Positions 38,349 to 49,090 of a stretch of 64,000 bases of DNA are shown in pieces. Positions within the stretch are counted from its first letter, which is position 1; each line of letters begins with the position of its first letter. The stretch lies in the NCBI GenBank assembly GCA_900761995.1, contig CAAFEY010000184.1, positions 458 to 64,457 of the forward strand. Direction: 5' to 3'. The translations under genes and the position numbers were made by a program. The notes beneath the pieces were generated by a model. The model had not been told where the DNA came from. It was given only the letters and a program-made list of their open reading frames with translations, and did no database searches. The DNA is from an uncultured Collinsella sp. (GTDB lineage: Bacteria > Actinomycetota > Coriobacteriia > Coriobacteriales > Coriobacteriaceae).

Positions 38349-39401
38349 TTACGCGACGGTGTAAACCCAGTTGTGCTTGTCCTCGACAGCACCAGACTGG
38401 ATGCCGGTCAGGGTCTCGCGGAGCTTCTTCATCACAGGGCCGATCTCGGTGTAGCCAGCCGGGAAGGTCACGGTCTCGTCGGCGCCATAGACCTTGTTGT
38501 CGATCTCGCCCACCGGGGAGATGACGGCAGCGGTGCCGCACAGGCCGCACTCCACAAAGGTGCCGGCCTTGACCTCGGCCCACTCGACGGGACGCTGGTC
38601 AACGGTCATGCCCAGGTCCTGAGCAACCTGAACAAGCGAACGACGGGTGATAGAGGGCAGGATGGAGTCGGTGTGCGACTGCGGAACGACGAGCGTGCCG
38701 TCCTCCTTCACGAACAGGACGTTGGCGCCGCCGGTCTCCTCGACATAGGTGCGGGACTCGGAGTCGAGATACAGGTTCTCGGCATAGCCCTCGCGATGGG
38801 CCTCCATCGTGGGCTTGAGGGACATGGCGTAGTTCAGGCCGGCCTTGATGTTGCCGGTGCCGTGCGGTGCGGCACGGTCATACTCGGAAACGCGCAGCTT
38901 GACGGGCTTGAGGCCGCCCTTAAAGTACGGACCGACCGGGGTCACGAGAATGCGGAACGTGTACTCAGGAGCGGGAGCCACGCCGATCACGTCACCGGAG
39001 CCGATCATAAACGGACGCACGTACAGGGTCGCGCCGGAGCCGAAGGGCGGAACCCAGGCGGCGTTGGCAGAGACGACCTGCTTGACGGCCTCAACGAACT
39101 TATCCTTGGGGAACGGGGGCATCTCGAGGCGCTGGGCAGAGTTATACATGCGCTCGGCGTTCATGTCGGGACGGAAGCAGACGATGCTGCCGTCCTCGGC
39201 GGTGTAGGCCTTCAGGCCCTCAAAGACCTCCTGACAGTAATGGAAGATGCCGCCGCACTCGGAGACATGCAGGGTGTGGTCGGTGGTCAGGCCGCCCTCG
39301 TCCCACTCGCCATCCTTCCAATGAGCCTCGTAGCTGTAATCGGTCTTCATGTAGCCAAAGCCGAGGCTACCCCAATCGATATCCTTCTTCTCGACAGTCA
39401 T
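38349..39401 (-). CDS. ilvE: Branched-chain amino acid aminotransferase
   Basis: HYCQEVFEGLKAY, LYVRPF, KAGLNYA (PLP Lys), EETGGAN, ILPSITRRS and GTAAVISP. RBS AAGGAG. Confidence 0.95.
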   Translation of the reverse strand: MTVEKKDIDWGSLGFGYMKTDYSYEAHWKDGEWDEGGLTTDHTLHVSECGGIFHYCQEVFEGLKAYTAEDGSIVCFRPDMNAERMYNSAQRLEMPPFPKDKFVEAVKQVVSANAAWVPPFGSGATLYVRPFMIGSGDVIGVAPAPEYTFRILVTPVGPYFKGGLKPVKLRVSEYDRAAPHGTGNIKAGLNYAMSLKPTMEAHREGYAENLYLDSESRTYVEETGGANVLFVKEDGTLVVPQSHTDSILPSITRRSLVQVAQDLGMTVDQRPVEWAEVKAGTFVECGLCGTAAVISPVGEIDNKVYGADETVTFPAGYTEIGPVMKKLRETLTGIQSGAVEDKHNWVYTVA

Positions 39402-39627
39402 ATGTCGCTCCTTACATACACAGTTGCAAACTCGCGAACCCGCACGCAAGGACCGAGGCCGACCGCGTCGCAACGTCGCACGCCCGGAGCGTAGAGCCGG
39501 ACGGGACACGCGAACAGCATCAAAGCCGATGGCACGTCGATTCGCATGCACGAGATTGTACTCCCCGTACGCGTCTGATAAAACGCTTTTCTTTAACTAA
39601 GTAAAGTATTTTCATTTGACCGAAACT

Positions 39628-39662
39628 AAAGAGGCCCGCCACCGTAAGCGGTGACGGGCCTC
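39628..39662 (-). terminator. Intrinsic terminator after the dedA-family gene
   Basis: AAAGAGGCCCG...CGGGCCTC. Confidence 0.65.
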
Positions 39663-39690
39663 AACTGCACGGTTTGCGCGCTGGCTCGAG

Positions 39691-40338
39691 CTACGCGTTC
39701 TTTTTGCCCAGCTTAGCCTTAACCAGACCGACCACGGTCGGGATGATCGACACGGCAACGATGCCGACGATCAGCAGCTCAAAGTGCTCCTGCACAAAGG
39801 GGATGCCGCCAAAGAAGTAGCCCAGCAGTGTAAAGAGCGTCGACCAGGTAATGCCGCCCAGCACGTTAAAGATGACAAAATTGCGCCAGTGCATGCCGCC
39901 CATGCCGGCGATAAAGGGCACAAAGGTGCGGATAAACGGGAAGAAGCGGCCCAGGAAAATAGCCAGGTGACCCCACTTGTCCAAGAAATCCTCGGACTTT
40001 TTGATGCGCTCTGGCGTCATGGCCTTGACCTTGCCCGAAGCAATGATCTTTTTGCCAAAGAAATGACCGATCATAAAGTTGCACTGATCGCCCAAGATGG
40101 CAGCGGCCCATGCGGTGGCCAGAAGCGCCACGATGTTAAAGCCGCCGTTGTGGGCAAAGAAGCCCGAAGCAAACAGCAACGAATCGCCGGGAAGGAATGG
40201 GAAGAACACCACGCCCGTCTCGATAAAGATGATCAGGAACACGCAGCCGTAGGCCATAAGCGGGCCGGCGGCGATCCAACTGGCGATCGCGGTGCGCGGA
40301 TCCTTAAGCAGCTCGGCGATAAAATTGATGAAACCCAT
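39691..40338 (-). CDS. DedA/VTT-domain membrane protein
   Basis: IFIETGVVFFPFLPGDSLLF, GDQCNF and GRFFPFIRTFVPFIAG. Confidence 0.92.
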   Translation of the reverse strand: MGFINFIAELLKDPRTAIASWIAAGPLMAYGCVFLIIFIETGVVFFPFLPGDSLLFASGFFAHNGGFNIVALLATAWAAAILGDQCNFMIGHFFGKKIIASGKVKAMTPERIKKSEDFLDKWGHLAIFLGRFFPFIRTFVPFIAGMGGMHWRNFVIFNVLGGITWSTLFTLLGYFFGGIPFVQEHFELLIVGIVAVSIIPTVVGLVKAKLGKKNA

Positions 40339-40561
40339 GAAGTAAAACCTCTCAGTTGTGGGCGCGGATACGTCCAAGTTGACCAGTATACGGTTGCGGC
40401 GCCCCCTCGTGCGCAACCCCACAAAAGCATGACTCCATTACCAGCAAGTTTGCATAACTGACACCTGTTGCGCAATGCCGCCAAGATTGTCCTTCCTAAT
40501 CCCTAGCGAATCGCTATACTTTATTGAATCGCATTGCCATGGCGCTAAGGGAGGGCGGCCG

Positions 40562-41266
40562 GTGAGCTTCATCAATACCATTCGCGAGGACATCAAGACC
40601 GTCCAAGCGCAGGATCCCGCCGCGCAAAACGGTCTGGTCATCTTCCTTTCCTATCCTGGCCTGCACGCCAAGTGGAACCACGTGCCCGAGCACTGGCTCT
40701 GGGAGCACGGTCATCGCTCGCTCGCCCGCGTGCTCTCGCAAATCACCCGCCACATCACCGGCGTCGAGATTCATCCCGCGGCACAGATCGGCAAGCATTT
40801 CTTTATCGACCATGCCATGGGCGTCGTCATCGGCGAGACCACCATCGTGGGCGACAACTGCGTGCTCTACCAGGGCGTCACGCTCGGCGGCACCGGCAAC
40901 GAGACCGGCAAGCGCCACCCCACCCTGGGCAACAACGTCACCGTGGGCACGGGCGCCAAGGTGCTCGGCAACATTCGCATCGGCAACAACGTCAAAATCG
41001 GCGGCAACTCGGTTGTCGTCAAGGACGTGCCCGACAACTGCACCGTCGTGGGCGTGCCGGGACGCATCATCAAGCGCAACGGCTGCCGTGTGTTCGAGGA
41101 GAGTTTCGACGCCAAGCAGCATCGCGAGTACATGCCCGATGACGCCGCCGAGCAGAGTGCCCTCAACCGCCAGGGCATCACCGAGAACGCCCGCCGCGTC
41201 AAGGAACTCGAGCGAGAGGTGGCCGAGCTCAAAGCCCTCGTCGCAAAGCTCGTGGACGAACGCTAG
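40562..41266 (+). CDS. cysE: Serine O-acetyltransferase
   Basis: [33 protein letters not shown] and hexapeptide repeats. GTG start follows GGGAGG. Confidence 0.93.
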   Translation: MSFINTIREDIKTVQAQDPAAQNGLVIFLSYPGLHAKWNHVPEHWLWEHGHRSLARVLSQITRHITGVEIHPAAQIGKHFFIDHAMGVVIGETTIVGDNCVLYQGVTLGGTGNETGKRHPTLGNNVTVGTGAKVLGNIRIGNNVKIGGNSVVVKDVPDNCTVVGVPGRIIKRNGCRVFEESFDAKQHREYMPDDAAEQSALNRQGITENARRVKELEREVAELKALVAKLVDER

Positions 41267-41377
41267 GAACGCAAGCGACACAAAACGGCATCGGCATCAA
41301 CGCAAAAGGCGCACCAGGTAATTCATCCCCGGCGCGCCTTCTTTTCGATGTGACAAAGAGGCTGCCCCCTTGCCACC

Positions 41378-43384
41378 TTAGGCGAACTGGCTCAGATAGA
41401 GGTCGGCGTAGGCACCCTCGGCTGCGAGCAGCTCCTTATGCGTACCCTGCTCGATAATGTTGCCGTGGTCCATGACCAGGATCAGGTCGGCATCCACGAT
41501 CGTCGACAGGCGATGTGCGATCACAAAGCTCGTGCGCCCGCGCATGAGCGCGTCCATGGCACGACCGATGGCAAGCTCGGTACGCGTATCCACGCTTGAG
41601 GTCGCCTCGTCCAGGATGAGAATCGCCGGGTTGTTGAGCAGCACGCGTGCGATGGTCAGCAGCTGACGCTGGCCCTGGCTGATGCTCTCGGCATCGTTGG
41701 CCACGCGCGTGTCGTAGCCCTGCGGCATGGTGCGCACAAAGAAGTCGACCTGCGCGGCACGAGCGGCGGCCACAATTTCGTCGCGCGTTGCCTCGGGGCA
41801 GCCGTAGGCGATGTTTTCGGCAATCGTGCCGTCAAACAGCCAGGCGTCCTGCAGCACCATGCCAAACTGCTGACGTAGCTCGCCGCGGTTCATGAGGCGC
41901 GTATCCACACCGTCGAGCGTAATGCGGCCGCCGTCGATCTCGTAAAAGCGCATGAGCAGGTTGATGAGCGTGGTTTTGCCCGCGCCCGTAGTGCCCACCA
42001 CGGCAATCTTCTGGCCCGGCTCGGCGGTAAACGAGACGTCGCGCATGAGCGGCTTTTCGGGCGTATAGCCAAAGCGCACATGCTCAAAGGCAACACGGCC
42101 CTCTACGCGGCCCGGCAGCTTGGCGGCGTCGCCCGGCAGCGGATCGGCTACCATCTCGGGCTCATCGAGCAGGTCGAACACGCGCTCCGCGCTCGCCAGC
42201 GCGCTCTGCAGCGAGTTAAAGGTAAACGACAGCTGCGTCATGGGCTCGGACGCTTCGTAAATAAACTGGAAGAACGCCTGGAACACACCAACGGTCATGT
42301 GGCCGGCTACCAGCATGCTGCAGCCCACCAGCGCAATCACAATTTGAGCCAGGCGTCCAATAAAACGCACCGCGGGACCAACGGCATTGATCATAAAGTC
42401 GGCCTTGGTGCTCACACGTGCCAGCTCGGCGGACGCCTCGTGCACTTCGGCAGAGCTCTGGTGCTCGCGATTAAACGCGCGGATTACCAGACGGCCCGAG
42501 TAGCCCTCCTCAACCGCGCTCGTGATCTTGGACACCCACTCCTGGCGCTCGCCCGTTACGGCATGCGTGCGCGCCGAGACCACTTTGGTCATGAGCAGCG
42601 ATATTGCCGTAAAGAACAAAAACACCAGCGTAAGCGGCACGCTAAACACAAACATCACGCCCACGGCACCCAATACCGTACCGATTGACACCAGCAGCTG
42701 CAACAGGCCGCGCTGCATGCTCTCGGACATCTTATCCAGGTCGTTGGTCGCGCGGCTGACCACTTCGCCGGGGCGGTGCGCATCAAAATAGGAGAGCGGC
42801 AGACGGTTGAGCTTTTGCGCGATACGGTTGCGCAGACGCAGGTTAAGGCGCTCGGCAACGCTCGACATCAAAAAGCTCTGCAGCGCATAGAACGAGGCGG
42901 CTGCCGTCCAGATCATAAAGTAAATAAAGATGGTCCTGCCGCAATGCTCCCAAGTGATGCTAAAGGTGGTGTTGTTGGCAAATGCCACCTTCATGTGCCC
43001 CCACAGCTCATCGATAACGCGGGCACTGTAGGCCGGAGCCGCCGTGTTAAAGATGACATAGAAGACAATGCTTGCAAACACAATGTAGAAGCGCCAGTGG
43101 TCGCCGGCGGCTTCGCTCCACAGGCGGCGCACAGTCGCCCAAGTGTTACGGGGCGTCTCGTCCTCGTCTTCATCGCCCACATCGCGCATGCGCTCCGCCT
43201 CGGCGCGGGCGCGCTCGTCCTCGGCACGTTCGTTTTCCTCGTACAGCGCCTGGCGGCGAGCCTCACGCTCGGCCGCAGCCTTGGCCGCCTCGTCCAGATC
43301 GGGTGTCGCGGCAACCACCTGCTCAACCGCTTCTGCAGCCATGCCCTCATCAATGTCGCCTTGCTTCTTGAGCTCCTCGGTCAT
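41378..43384 (-). CDS. ABC exporter, fused permease/ATPase with an acidic N-terminal extension
   Basis: GTTGAGKT, ISQGQRQ and ILDEATSS. Confidence 0.92.
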   Translation of the reverse strand: MTEELKKQGDIDEGMAAEAVEQVVAATPDLDEAAKAAAEREARRQALYEENERAEDERARAEAERMRDVGDEDEDETPRNTWATVRRLWSEAAGDHWRFYIVFASIVFYVIFNTAAPAYSARVIDELWGHMKVAFANNTTFSITWEHCGRTIFIYFMIWTAAASFYALQSFLMSSVAERLNLRLRNRIAQKLNRLPLSYFDAHRPGEVVSRATNDLDKMSESMQRGLLQLLVSIGTVLGAVGVMFVFSVPLTLVFLFFTAISLLMTKVVSARTHAVTGERQEWVSKITSAVEEGYSGRLVIRAFNREHQSSAEVHEASAELARVSTKADFMINAVGPAVRFIGRLAQIVIALVGCSMLVAGHMTVGVFQAFFQFIYEASEPMTQLSFTFNSLQSALASAERVFDLLDEPEMVADPLPGDAAKLPGRVEGRVAFEHVRFGYTPEKPLMRDVSFTAEPGQKIAVVGTTGAGKTTLINLLMRFYEIDGGRITLDGVDTRLMNRGELRQQFGMVLQDAWLFDGTIAENIAYGCPEATRDEIVAAARAAQVDFFVRTMPQGYDTRVANDAESISQGQRQLLTIARVLLNNPAILILDEATSSVDTRTELAIGRAMDALMRGRTSFVIAHRLSTIVDADLILVMDHGNIIEQGTHKELLAAEGAYADLYLSQFA

Positions 43385-43385
43385 G

Positions 43386-45113
43386 CTACTCACCTCCCTT
43401 CATCTGCGATTCCGCGATAGCGCGATACACCTCGCAGGTTTCCATAAGCTCGTCGTGCGTGCCCAAGCCCACGACCTCGCCGTCCTTGAGCACCACAATC
43501 TGATCGGCGTGCAGAATGGTCGAGATGCGCTGCGCGATGATAAGCACCGCAGCATCGCGCGTCTCGTCCTGCAGCGCGTGGCGCAGGGCCGCGTCGGTCT
43601 TAAAGTCCAGGGCCGAAAAACTGTCGTCGAAGATATACAGGTCGGCACGCTTCATGAGCGCACGGGCAATGGCCAGACGTTGACGCTGACCACCCGAGAA
43701 GTTCGTACCGCCCTGAGCCACCGGGGTATCGAGCCCCTGCGGCTGGTCGAGCACAAAGGTGCTCTGGGCAACCTGGAGCGCATGGAGCATGTCGGCCTCG
43801 GTAGCGTCCTCGTTGCCGTAGCGCAGGTTGCCCGCCACGGAACCCGAGAACAGCCACGCCTTCTGCGGCACGTAGGCAATGTGCTGGCGAATCTCGTCTT
43901 GCGAAAGATCGCGCAGGTCGACGCCATCCAGACGAATGGCACCCTTCGTGGCGTCGTGGAAACGCAGCAAGAGCTTGGCTACCGTCGATTTGCCCGAACC
44001 GGTCGAGCCCACGATTGCGGTTGTCTGCCCGCGGCGGCACGCAAAATTCAGATCGCGCAGTGTATCTTCGTCAGCATCGTTAAAACGGAACGACATGTGG
44101 TCGAACACGGCAACGGCATCGTCATCCTGCGACGCGCACCGCTGCAGCGTGCGCCCGCCGTCAACAATGCTCGGCTCAATCTGGAGCACCTGCTGTGCAC
44201 GATTGAGGCACGCCGCGGCACGCGGCAGCGTCAAGATCACCATCTGCGCCGTCATCACAAAGAACAGAATGATGATCGCGTACTCCAACACGGCCGAGAT
44301 ACTGCCGATTTGCATGGCATGGACGCCCACGCGGTTGCCGCCCACCCACAGCACCGCCACCTCGGCGATGTTCATCAAAAAGAAGCTGGAGCTATCGAGT
44401 CCCACGAACAGGTGGTTGACCTTGATGGCGTTGGCCGCGTACTCGCTAAACACCTCGTCCAGACGCTGCTCCTCGTGGCGTTCTTTGTTAAACGCGCGGA
44501 TCACGCGCACGCCCACGATGTTCTCGCGCAGCACCACGTTCATGCGGTCGATAAAGCTCTGCAGGCGCATGAAGATCGGCGCCGCATTGGCGACCGTAAT
44601 GACCGCCGCCACCAACACGATCGCAACGACCACGCCCAGCAGCGTACCCATGGCCGGGTCGATAAACCAAGCGAAGACAATGCCCGCCACGGCCAAGAAC
44701 GGCACCGGCAGCACAAGCTGTATCGTCTGCAGAATCGCCTGCTGGATCACGTTGATGTCGTTGAGCGAGCGCGTGATCATCGAGCCCGTGCCAAAACGCT
44801 CAAAATCACTGGCAGACAGCTCGAGCGATTTGTCATAGACGGCGTTGCGGATATCGCAGGCGACATTTGCCGCCAGGCGGGCCGAAAAATAGCATCCCAA
44901 TACCGTGCCGCCACTGGCCATGCCGGTTGCGACAAGCATATACAGGCCGTTGCGCAAAATGTAGTCGATATCGCCCGTGGTGATGCCGGTGTTAACCATG
45001 TTCGCCAACATCGTGGGCACCAGCAGCGTGCCGACGTTATCTATCAGCAGCGCCAGCAACGTGACTGCAATCAAACCCCGATACGGCTTCATAAATCTCA
45101 TTAAGAGTCGCAC
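43386..45113 (-). CDS. ABC exporter, fused permease/ATPase (degenerate-site subunit)
   Basis: GSTGSGKS, FSGGQRQR and IFDDSFSALD. Confidence 0.92.
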   Translation of the reverse strand: MRLLMRFMKPYRGLIAVTLLALLIDNVGTLLVPTMLANMVNTGITTGDIDYILRNGLYMLVATGMASGGTVLGCYFSARLAANVACDIRNAVYDKSLELSASDFERFGTGSMITRSLNDINVIQQAILQTIQLVLPVPFLAVAGIVFAWFIDPAMGTLLGVVVAIVLVAAVITVANAAPIFMRLQSFIDRMNVVLRENIVGVRVIRAFNKERHEEQRLDEVFSEYAANAIKVNHLFVGLDSSSFFLMNIAEVAVLWVGGNRVGVHAMQIGSISAVLEYAIIILFFVMTAQMVILTLPRAAACLNRAQQVLQIEPSIVDGGRTLQRCASQDDDAVAVFDHMSFRFNDADEDTLRDLNFACRRGQTTAIVGSTGSGKSTVAKLLLRFHDATKGAIRLDGVDLRDLSQDEIRQHIAYVPQKAWLFSGSVAGNLRYGNEDATEADMLHALQVAQSTFVLDQPQGLDTPVAQGGTNFSGGQRQRLAIARALMKRADLYIFDDSFSALDFKTDAALRHALQDETRDAAVLIIAQRISTILHADQIVVLKDGEVVGLGTHDELMETCEVYRAIAESQMKGGE

Positions 45114-45589
45114 GACTCCCCCTCATTTTGATTCTCGACAGCCACCTGCTGTTTAAACGCCTCGCACTCATCGCTGAGCGCATGGGAGAACTTTCCAATC
45201 AGGCGCATGATCTCGCGCCGTTCTCCAGGATCGAGCGCCTCAAACGCACGCTGTTCCGCCTTAAGCGCCGGCAGCGCGTATCGCGCGGCGAACCGTGCGC
45301 CATCCTCGGTCAGGCGCACGACCTTGTTCTTACGGCTGCCCTCGGCAAACTCCAGCGTTGCAAAGCCGCGCGCAGCCAGGGCCTTAATCGCCGAGTTAAT
45401 CGTCTGCTTGCTGTAATACCATTCGCTTGTCAGCCGACTCACGGCAATGTTCCCGCCCGCCGCGCTGGTGTCGACAAGCATCCAGTAGGCGCAATCCGAA
45501 AGACCGCACGCACGCGAGAACTCTGAATAGATATGGTCGAGTCTATTGAGCATCCGGTCAAAATCAACCAGCGTAACCGCGTTATCCAT
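45101..45589 (-). CDS. MarR-family transcriptional regulator
   Basis: SKQTINSAIKAL..RG and RKNKVVRLTEDG winged helix. Overlaps the ABC gene start. Confidence 0.88.
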   Translation of the reverse strand: MDNAVTLVDFDRMLNRLDHIYSEFSRACGLSDCAYWMLVDTSAAGGNIAVSRLTSEWYYSKQTINSAIKALAARGFATLEFAEGSRKNKVVRLTEDGARFAARYALPALKAEQRAFEALDPGERREIMRLIGKFSHALSDECEAFKQQVAVENQNEGESCDS

Positions 45590-45603
45590 CTCTCCCACCA
45601 TTC

Positions 45604-45654
45604 AATAGTCCGAGTTTTGACTAATTTGGCTACCAGAATAGTCCGAGTTTTGAC
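45604..45654. promoter_or_regulatory. Tandem operator sites, probably for the MarR regulator
   Basis: AATAGTCCGAGTTTTGAC repeated exactly at 45604 and 45637. The first copy is a TAGTC-N8-GACTA palindrome. Confidence 0.7.
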
Positions 45655-45766
45655 CATCGTCAACGTCCATGCGAAATAGGGGCACACACATAACGTATCT
45701 ACAGAAAAAGACCGCCGGCGCGGGGGCAGCGCCGGCGGTTGCGGAATAATCGCGTTGTAGCAGTCG

Positions 45767-46057
45767 CTAGGCGGCAACGGCCTCGAAGACCGTGGCACCG
45801 GCAAAGCTGTCGTGCAGGCTCTTGCCGCAGATCCACGGCAGTTCGACGACCTCGCAGACCGTGTTGACCAGCTCGGAGCAGTCGGTAAAGTGACCCTTAT
45901 CGTTGAGATTCTCACAGTCCTGAACGCGCCAGTACCCATCGGTGTGCGTGATGTAGTACTCGTGATCGTTGATCGACACGAAAGCGCGCGTCTTGGAACG
46001 CAGCAGCTTCAGAAATCCTTCGAAATCGGTCTCGACGACATCTCCAGCCTGGAACAT
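45767..46057 (-). CDS. Hypothetical 96-aa protein
   Basis: RBS AGGAGG and a globular-looking sequence (YYITHTDGYWRVQDC). Confidence 0.7.
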   Translation of the reverse strand: MFQAGDVVETDFEGFLKLLRSKTRAFVSINDHEYYITHTDGYWRVQDCENLNDKGHFTDCSELVNTVCEVVELPWICGKSLHDSFAGATVFEAVAA

Positions 46058-46351
46058 GATGTTACCTCCTGGCCCGGCGCCACCACGGCGCATTGATAAA
46101 CGTTGGTGCTCCTTTAGTAAAACCTTTATCAGAGGTTATGCGTTCGTCATTTAGGCAAGTGGTAAAAAACCGCAGGGTAGACGGGATAAAACGTTTAACC
46201 ATCCCATTTGTTTGTCACATTCTGAAGGTACTTTTATGCAAACCTACTTTCCCAATTGGAATCTATCCTTTTGGCCGGGCAATTGACCGTCTATCGTTTA
46301 AGCCCGACGGGTATGAACGGGGCATCTGCAACGCCACCGCAAGGAGACACC

Positions 46352-46873
46352 ATGGAGACTATCGAAGCACTCATTCACCGCCGCAGCTGCCGCAAATACA
46401 GCGATCGTCCCGTCGAGGCCGAAAAGCTTGCACGTATTATCGAAGCCGGCCAATATGCACCGAGCGGCATGGGCCGCCAGCCGGTGACGTTTGTCGCCGT
46501 CACCGACCCCGCGACCGTCGAGCGTCTCTCACAGCTCAACGCCCAGGTCATGGACAGCAACAGCGACCCCTTCTATGGCGCCAAGACCGTTGTGGTGGTG
46601 CTGGTTGACCGCAGCGTGCCCACACATCTGGAAGACGGCTCGCTCGCCATGGGCAACTTGCTCAACGCCGCCTATGCACTGGGTGTCGATTCGTGCTGGA
46701 TTCACCGCGCGCACGAGGTCTTTGACTCGCCCGAGGGCCTGGAGCTGCTGGCCAGTTGGGGCCTGCCCGCCGACGGCAGTCTGCGCGGTGTCGGTCACTG
46801 CATTCTGGGCTACGCCGAGGACACGCTACCCGAGGCAAAGCCGCGCCGCGACAACGTGGTGTACGTAAGGTAA
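46352..46873 (+). CDS. Nitroreductase family protein
   Basis: RRSCRKY, APSGMGRQP and AAYALGVDSCWI. RBS AAGGAG. Confidence 0.9.
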   Translation: METIEALIHRRSCRKYSDRPVEAEKLARIIEAGQYAPSGMGRQPVTFVAVTDPATVERLSQLNAQVMDSNSDPFYGAKTVVVVLVDRSVPTHLEDGSLAMGNLLNAAYALGVDSCWIHRAHEVFDSPEGLELLASWGLPADGSLRGVGHCILGYAEDTLPEAKPRRDNVVYVR

Positions 46874-46946
46874 TTAGTTCTGCCGTTCTAACGAACGGCG
46901 GACCCGCTGAAAGGCCCCGTCCAAAATTTGCTGTCCCGCTCGCAAC

Positions 46947-47522
46947 TTATATTGACGTCGCCGTTGTCGTCGTTTCGTTCGTGTGAGTCGTTTCGGCTTC
47001 GCTGCCTTGTTCGTCCTCGTCCTTTTGAGCATCGGCGATGGTGGAGGCCGCCGCAACGATACCGCGCTGGGGCGCAACGCCCGTCTGGGTCTGTGCGCCC
47101 TCGACAACTTCTGTGCCTGCATGCGCGAGCTCGGGCGATTTAAACATTGCGTCCAAGTTGGCGCCACCGCCGGCATATCCGAGCGCAGCGAGCGCGATGA
47201 CGATCACTGCAACGGCGGCCACGATCGGAACATAACGATGCCAACCAGCAGGATTGAGCCCGCTGCGGCGAGCCGCCCCGCGGCTGATGTAACCAAGCGT
47301 TCCGTCGTGCTTGAGCTTTGAGCCCACCACGCGTTTGCGGCCCAACAGCGAGGACTCTGCCTGCATTGCCAAGCGGGCGCTTGCCGAAGGATAGCCGTAT
47401 TTAGTGCGCTTGAACGAGCCATCAAACCCCGAGGCGTGTTTGCCCCACGTCACCGATGTCGTGCGTCGGTTAACCGGCGCGGCGCTCCGCCTTCTGCGGC
47501 TCGGTTTTGAAGTCTCAGCCAT
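46947..47522 (-). CDS. Hypothetical single-pass membrane protein (basic N-terminus, acidic/Thr tail)
   Basis: Arg/Lys-rich N-terminal region and TM helix VPIVAAVAVIVIALAALGY. Confidence 0.6.
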   Translation of the reverse strand: MAETSKPSRRRRSAAPVNRRTTSVTWGKHASGFDGSFKRTKYGYPSASARLAMQAESSLLGRKRVVGSKLKHDGTLGYISRGAARRSGLNPAGWHRYVPIVAAVAVIVIALAALGYAGGGANLDAMFKSPELAHAGTEVVEGAQTQTGVAPQRGIVAAASTIADAQKDEDEQGSEAETTHTNETTTTATSI

Positions 47523-47606
47523 ATGCCCTCGCACGCCGTAACCAAATCGAAACAATAACGCTTTGGACTGTAGCACACGCGTCGCGCGCGGTCACGGGCG
47601 CCTCGC

Positions 47607-48824
47607 TCAACGGTCATCGTCCTTCAGCAAGCGCCACAGCGTTGTACGGCTTATGCCCAGCACCTCCGCCGCACGGGTTCGGTTGCCGTGGAGATGGTCT
47701 ACAACCAGATGCGCGATATCTCGCTCGGTATCGGCCAGCGGTCGCAGGATATACAGGTCACTTTCGAGCGTCGGGGCGCCAAAGGTTGCGGTCTTAATCA
47801 CGTCCTCTTGGGCGAGCACTTCCTCCGCCACAGCGCGGTCCACCGTGCCCGCTCCCACCAATATATACAGTCGTTCCGAGACCTCGCGGAGCTGCAGATA
47901 ATTGCGCGGCCAGCGGTAAGCATCGAGCGTCTTCGTCGCCGCGGCAGACAGCGTGGGCGCTGCTGTCCCAAATGCATCAGCGAGATATTCCAAATAGCGC
48001 GCAGCCTTCGTCGACGCGGCTCCCTGCTCGGCGATTGCCGGCGCCACGCTCACCGCACAGGCGAAACGCTCGGTCACAAAGGCGGCTTGATCACTTTCGC
48101 CGCCGCCCGGCATGTCATTCGCCGTCAGCACCACATGGCAGCGCGTCGCCAACGCGGTGTCGGCCATCGTGGAGACCAGCTCGCGGAGGCGCTGAGGGCC
48201 AACCGCATTCCAGCCCTCAATGCAAAGGGTCAGCCCCGTTTGGAACAACGGCGATTCGGCGCTTTTGAGCACATGGCGCCAACCGCGATCGGTGAGCTCA
48301 TCGAGCGCAACGGAAACAAAGGGCTGATCGGCAAAAGGACCGTCCAGATAGAGGCGCTTGGCGATCTCGACCTGACCCGCTCCCAGCTCGCCCTCGAGCA
48401 TAAGGGGCACACCGCGCGCGTAGCTCTCGGCAACTGGCGCAGCCACCGAGGCCGCCCCCTCAACGATGCCGTACGCGCTCGATTCATAGCGGGCCTCAAC
48501 TTCGTCGGCGTTGAGCCACTCGATGCCCGCATGCGCCGCGGCACCGCGCACCTCGCGGACCACGACGACCCAAAGTCCCCCGCCCTCTTTGTCGGTGGGG
48601 CGAACGGTCAGGCTCAGGCGCGTACCCGCACGCCCCATAACCAGACGCGCGCCGTCTCCTATACGGTCGAGGCGCTCGGCGACAAAAGCCGCCACATCCC
48701 GCTCAAGCGCCGCGTCATTCACGGTCGAGATCGCGACGTCCCCACGCGCATCGATTGCCAATGCCGAGGCCCCGGCAGCAGCCAGGGCCCCAGTCAAGAT
48801 GTTCAGCTTGGCATCGCTATCCAT
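47607..48824 (-). CDS. PrpR/NtrC-like regulator with a degenerate AAA+ domain and Fis-type HTH
   Basis: YRWPRNYLQLR and C-terminal GNRTRAAEVLGISRTTLWR. Walker A is degenerate (GELGAGQV) and there is no GAFTGA. Confidence 0.8.
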   Translation of the reverse strand: MDSDAKLNILTGALAAAGASALAIDARGDVAISTVNDAALERDVAAFVAERLDRIGDGARLVMGRAGTRLSLTVRPTDKEGGGLWVVVVREVRGAAAHAGIEWLNADEVEARYESSAYGIVEGAASVAAPVAESYARGVPLMLEGELGAGQVEIAKRLYLDGPFADQPFVSVALDELTDRGWRHVLKSAESPLFQTGLTLCIEGWNAVGPQRLRELVSTMADTALATRCHVVLTANDMPGGGESDQAAFVTERFACAVSVAPAIAEQGAASTKAARYLEYLADAFGTAAPTLSAAATKTLDAYRWPRNYLQLREVSERLYILVGAGTVDRAVAEEVLAQEDVIKTATFGAPTLESDLYILRPLADTERDIAHLVVDHLHGNRTRAAEVLGISRTTLWRLLKDDDR

Positions 48825-49090
48825 GATTTGCCCCTGTCCGCGGCGACATGCAACCGCCGACGGTCATACGACCGAGTGTTTCAAAATTGAACGATATTGC
48901 TCACCAAACACTATAGGGCAGAAGCCGCCGTCCTGCGAGTATATGAGTTGCCCCGCATCGCCATCCTGGCGGGGCGATAAGAGCTCTTCGGGACCTATAA
49001 ACCTGCGGACAAGCCATACCCGCAAGAGCTCCTATCGCTCCACCGTGGACATGCGCTCACCAGCACGCAGCGCGCAAATAAGCTACTTCT

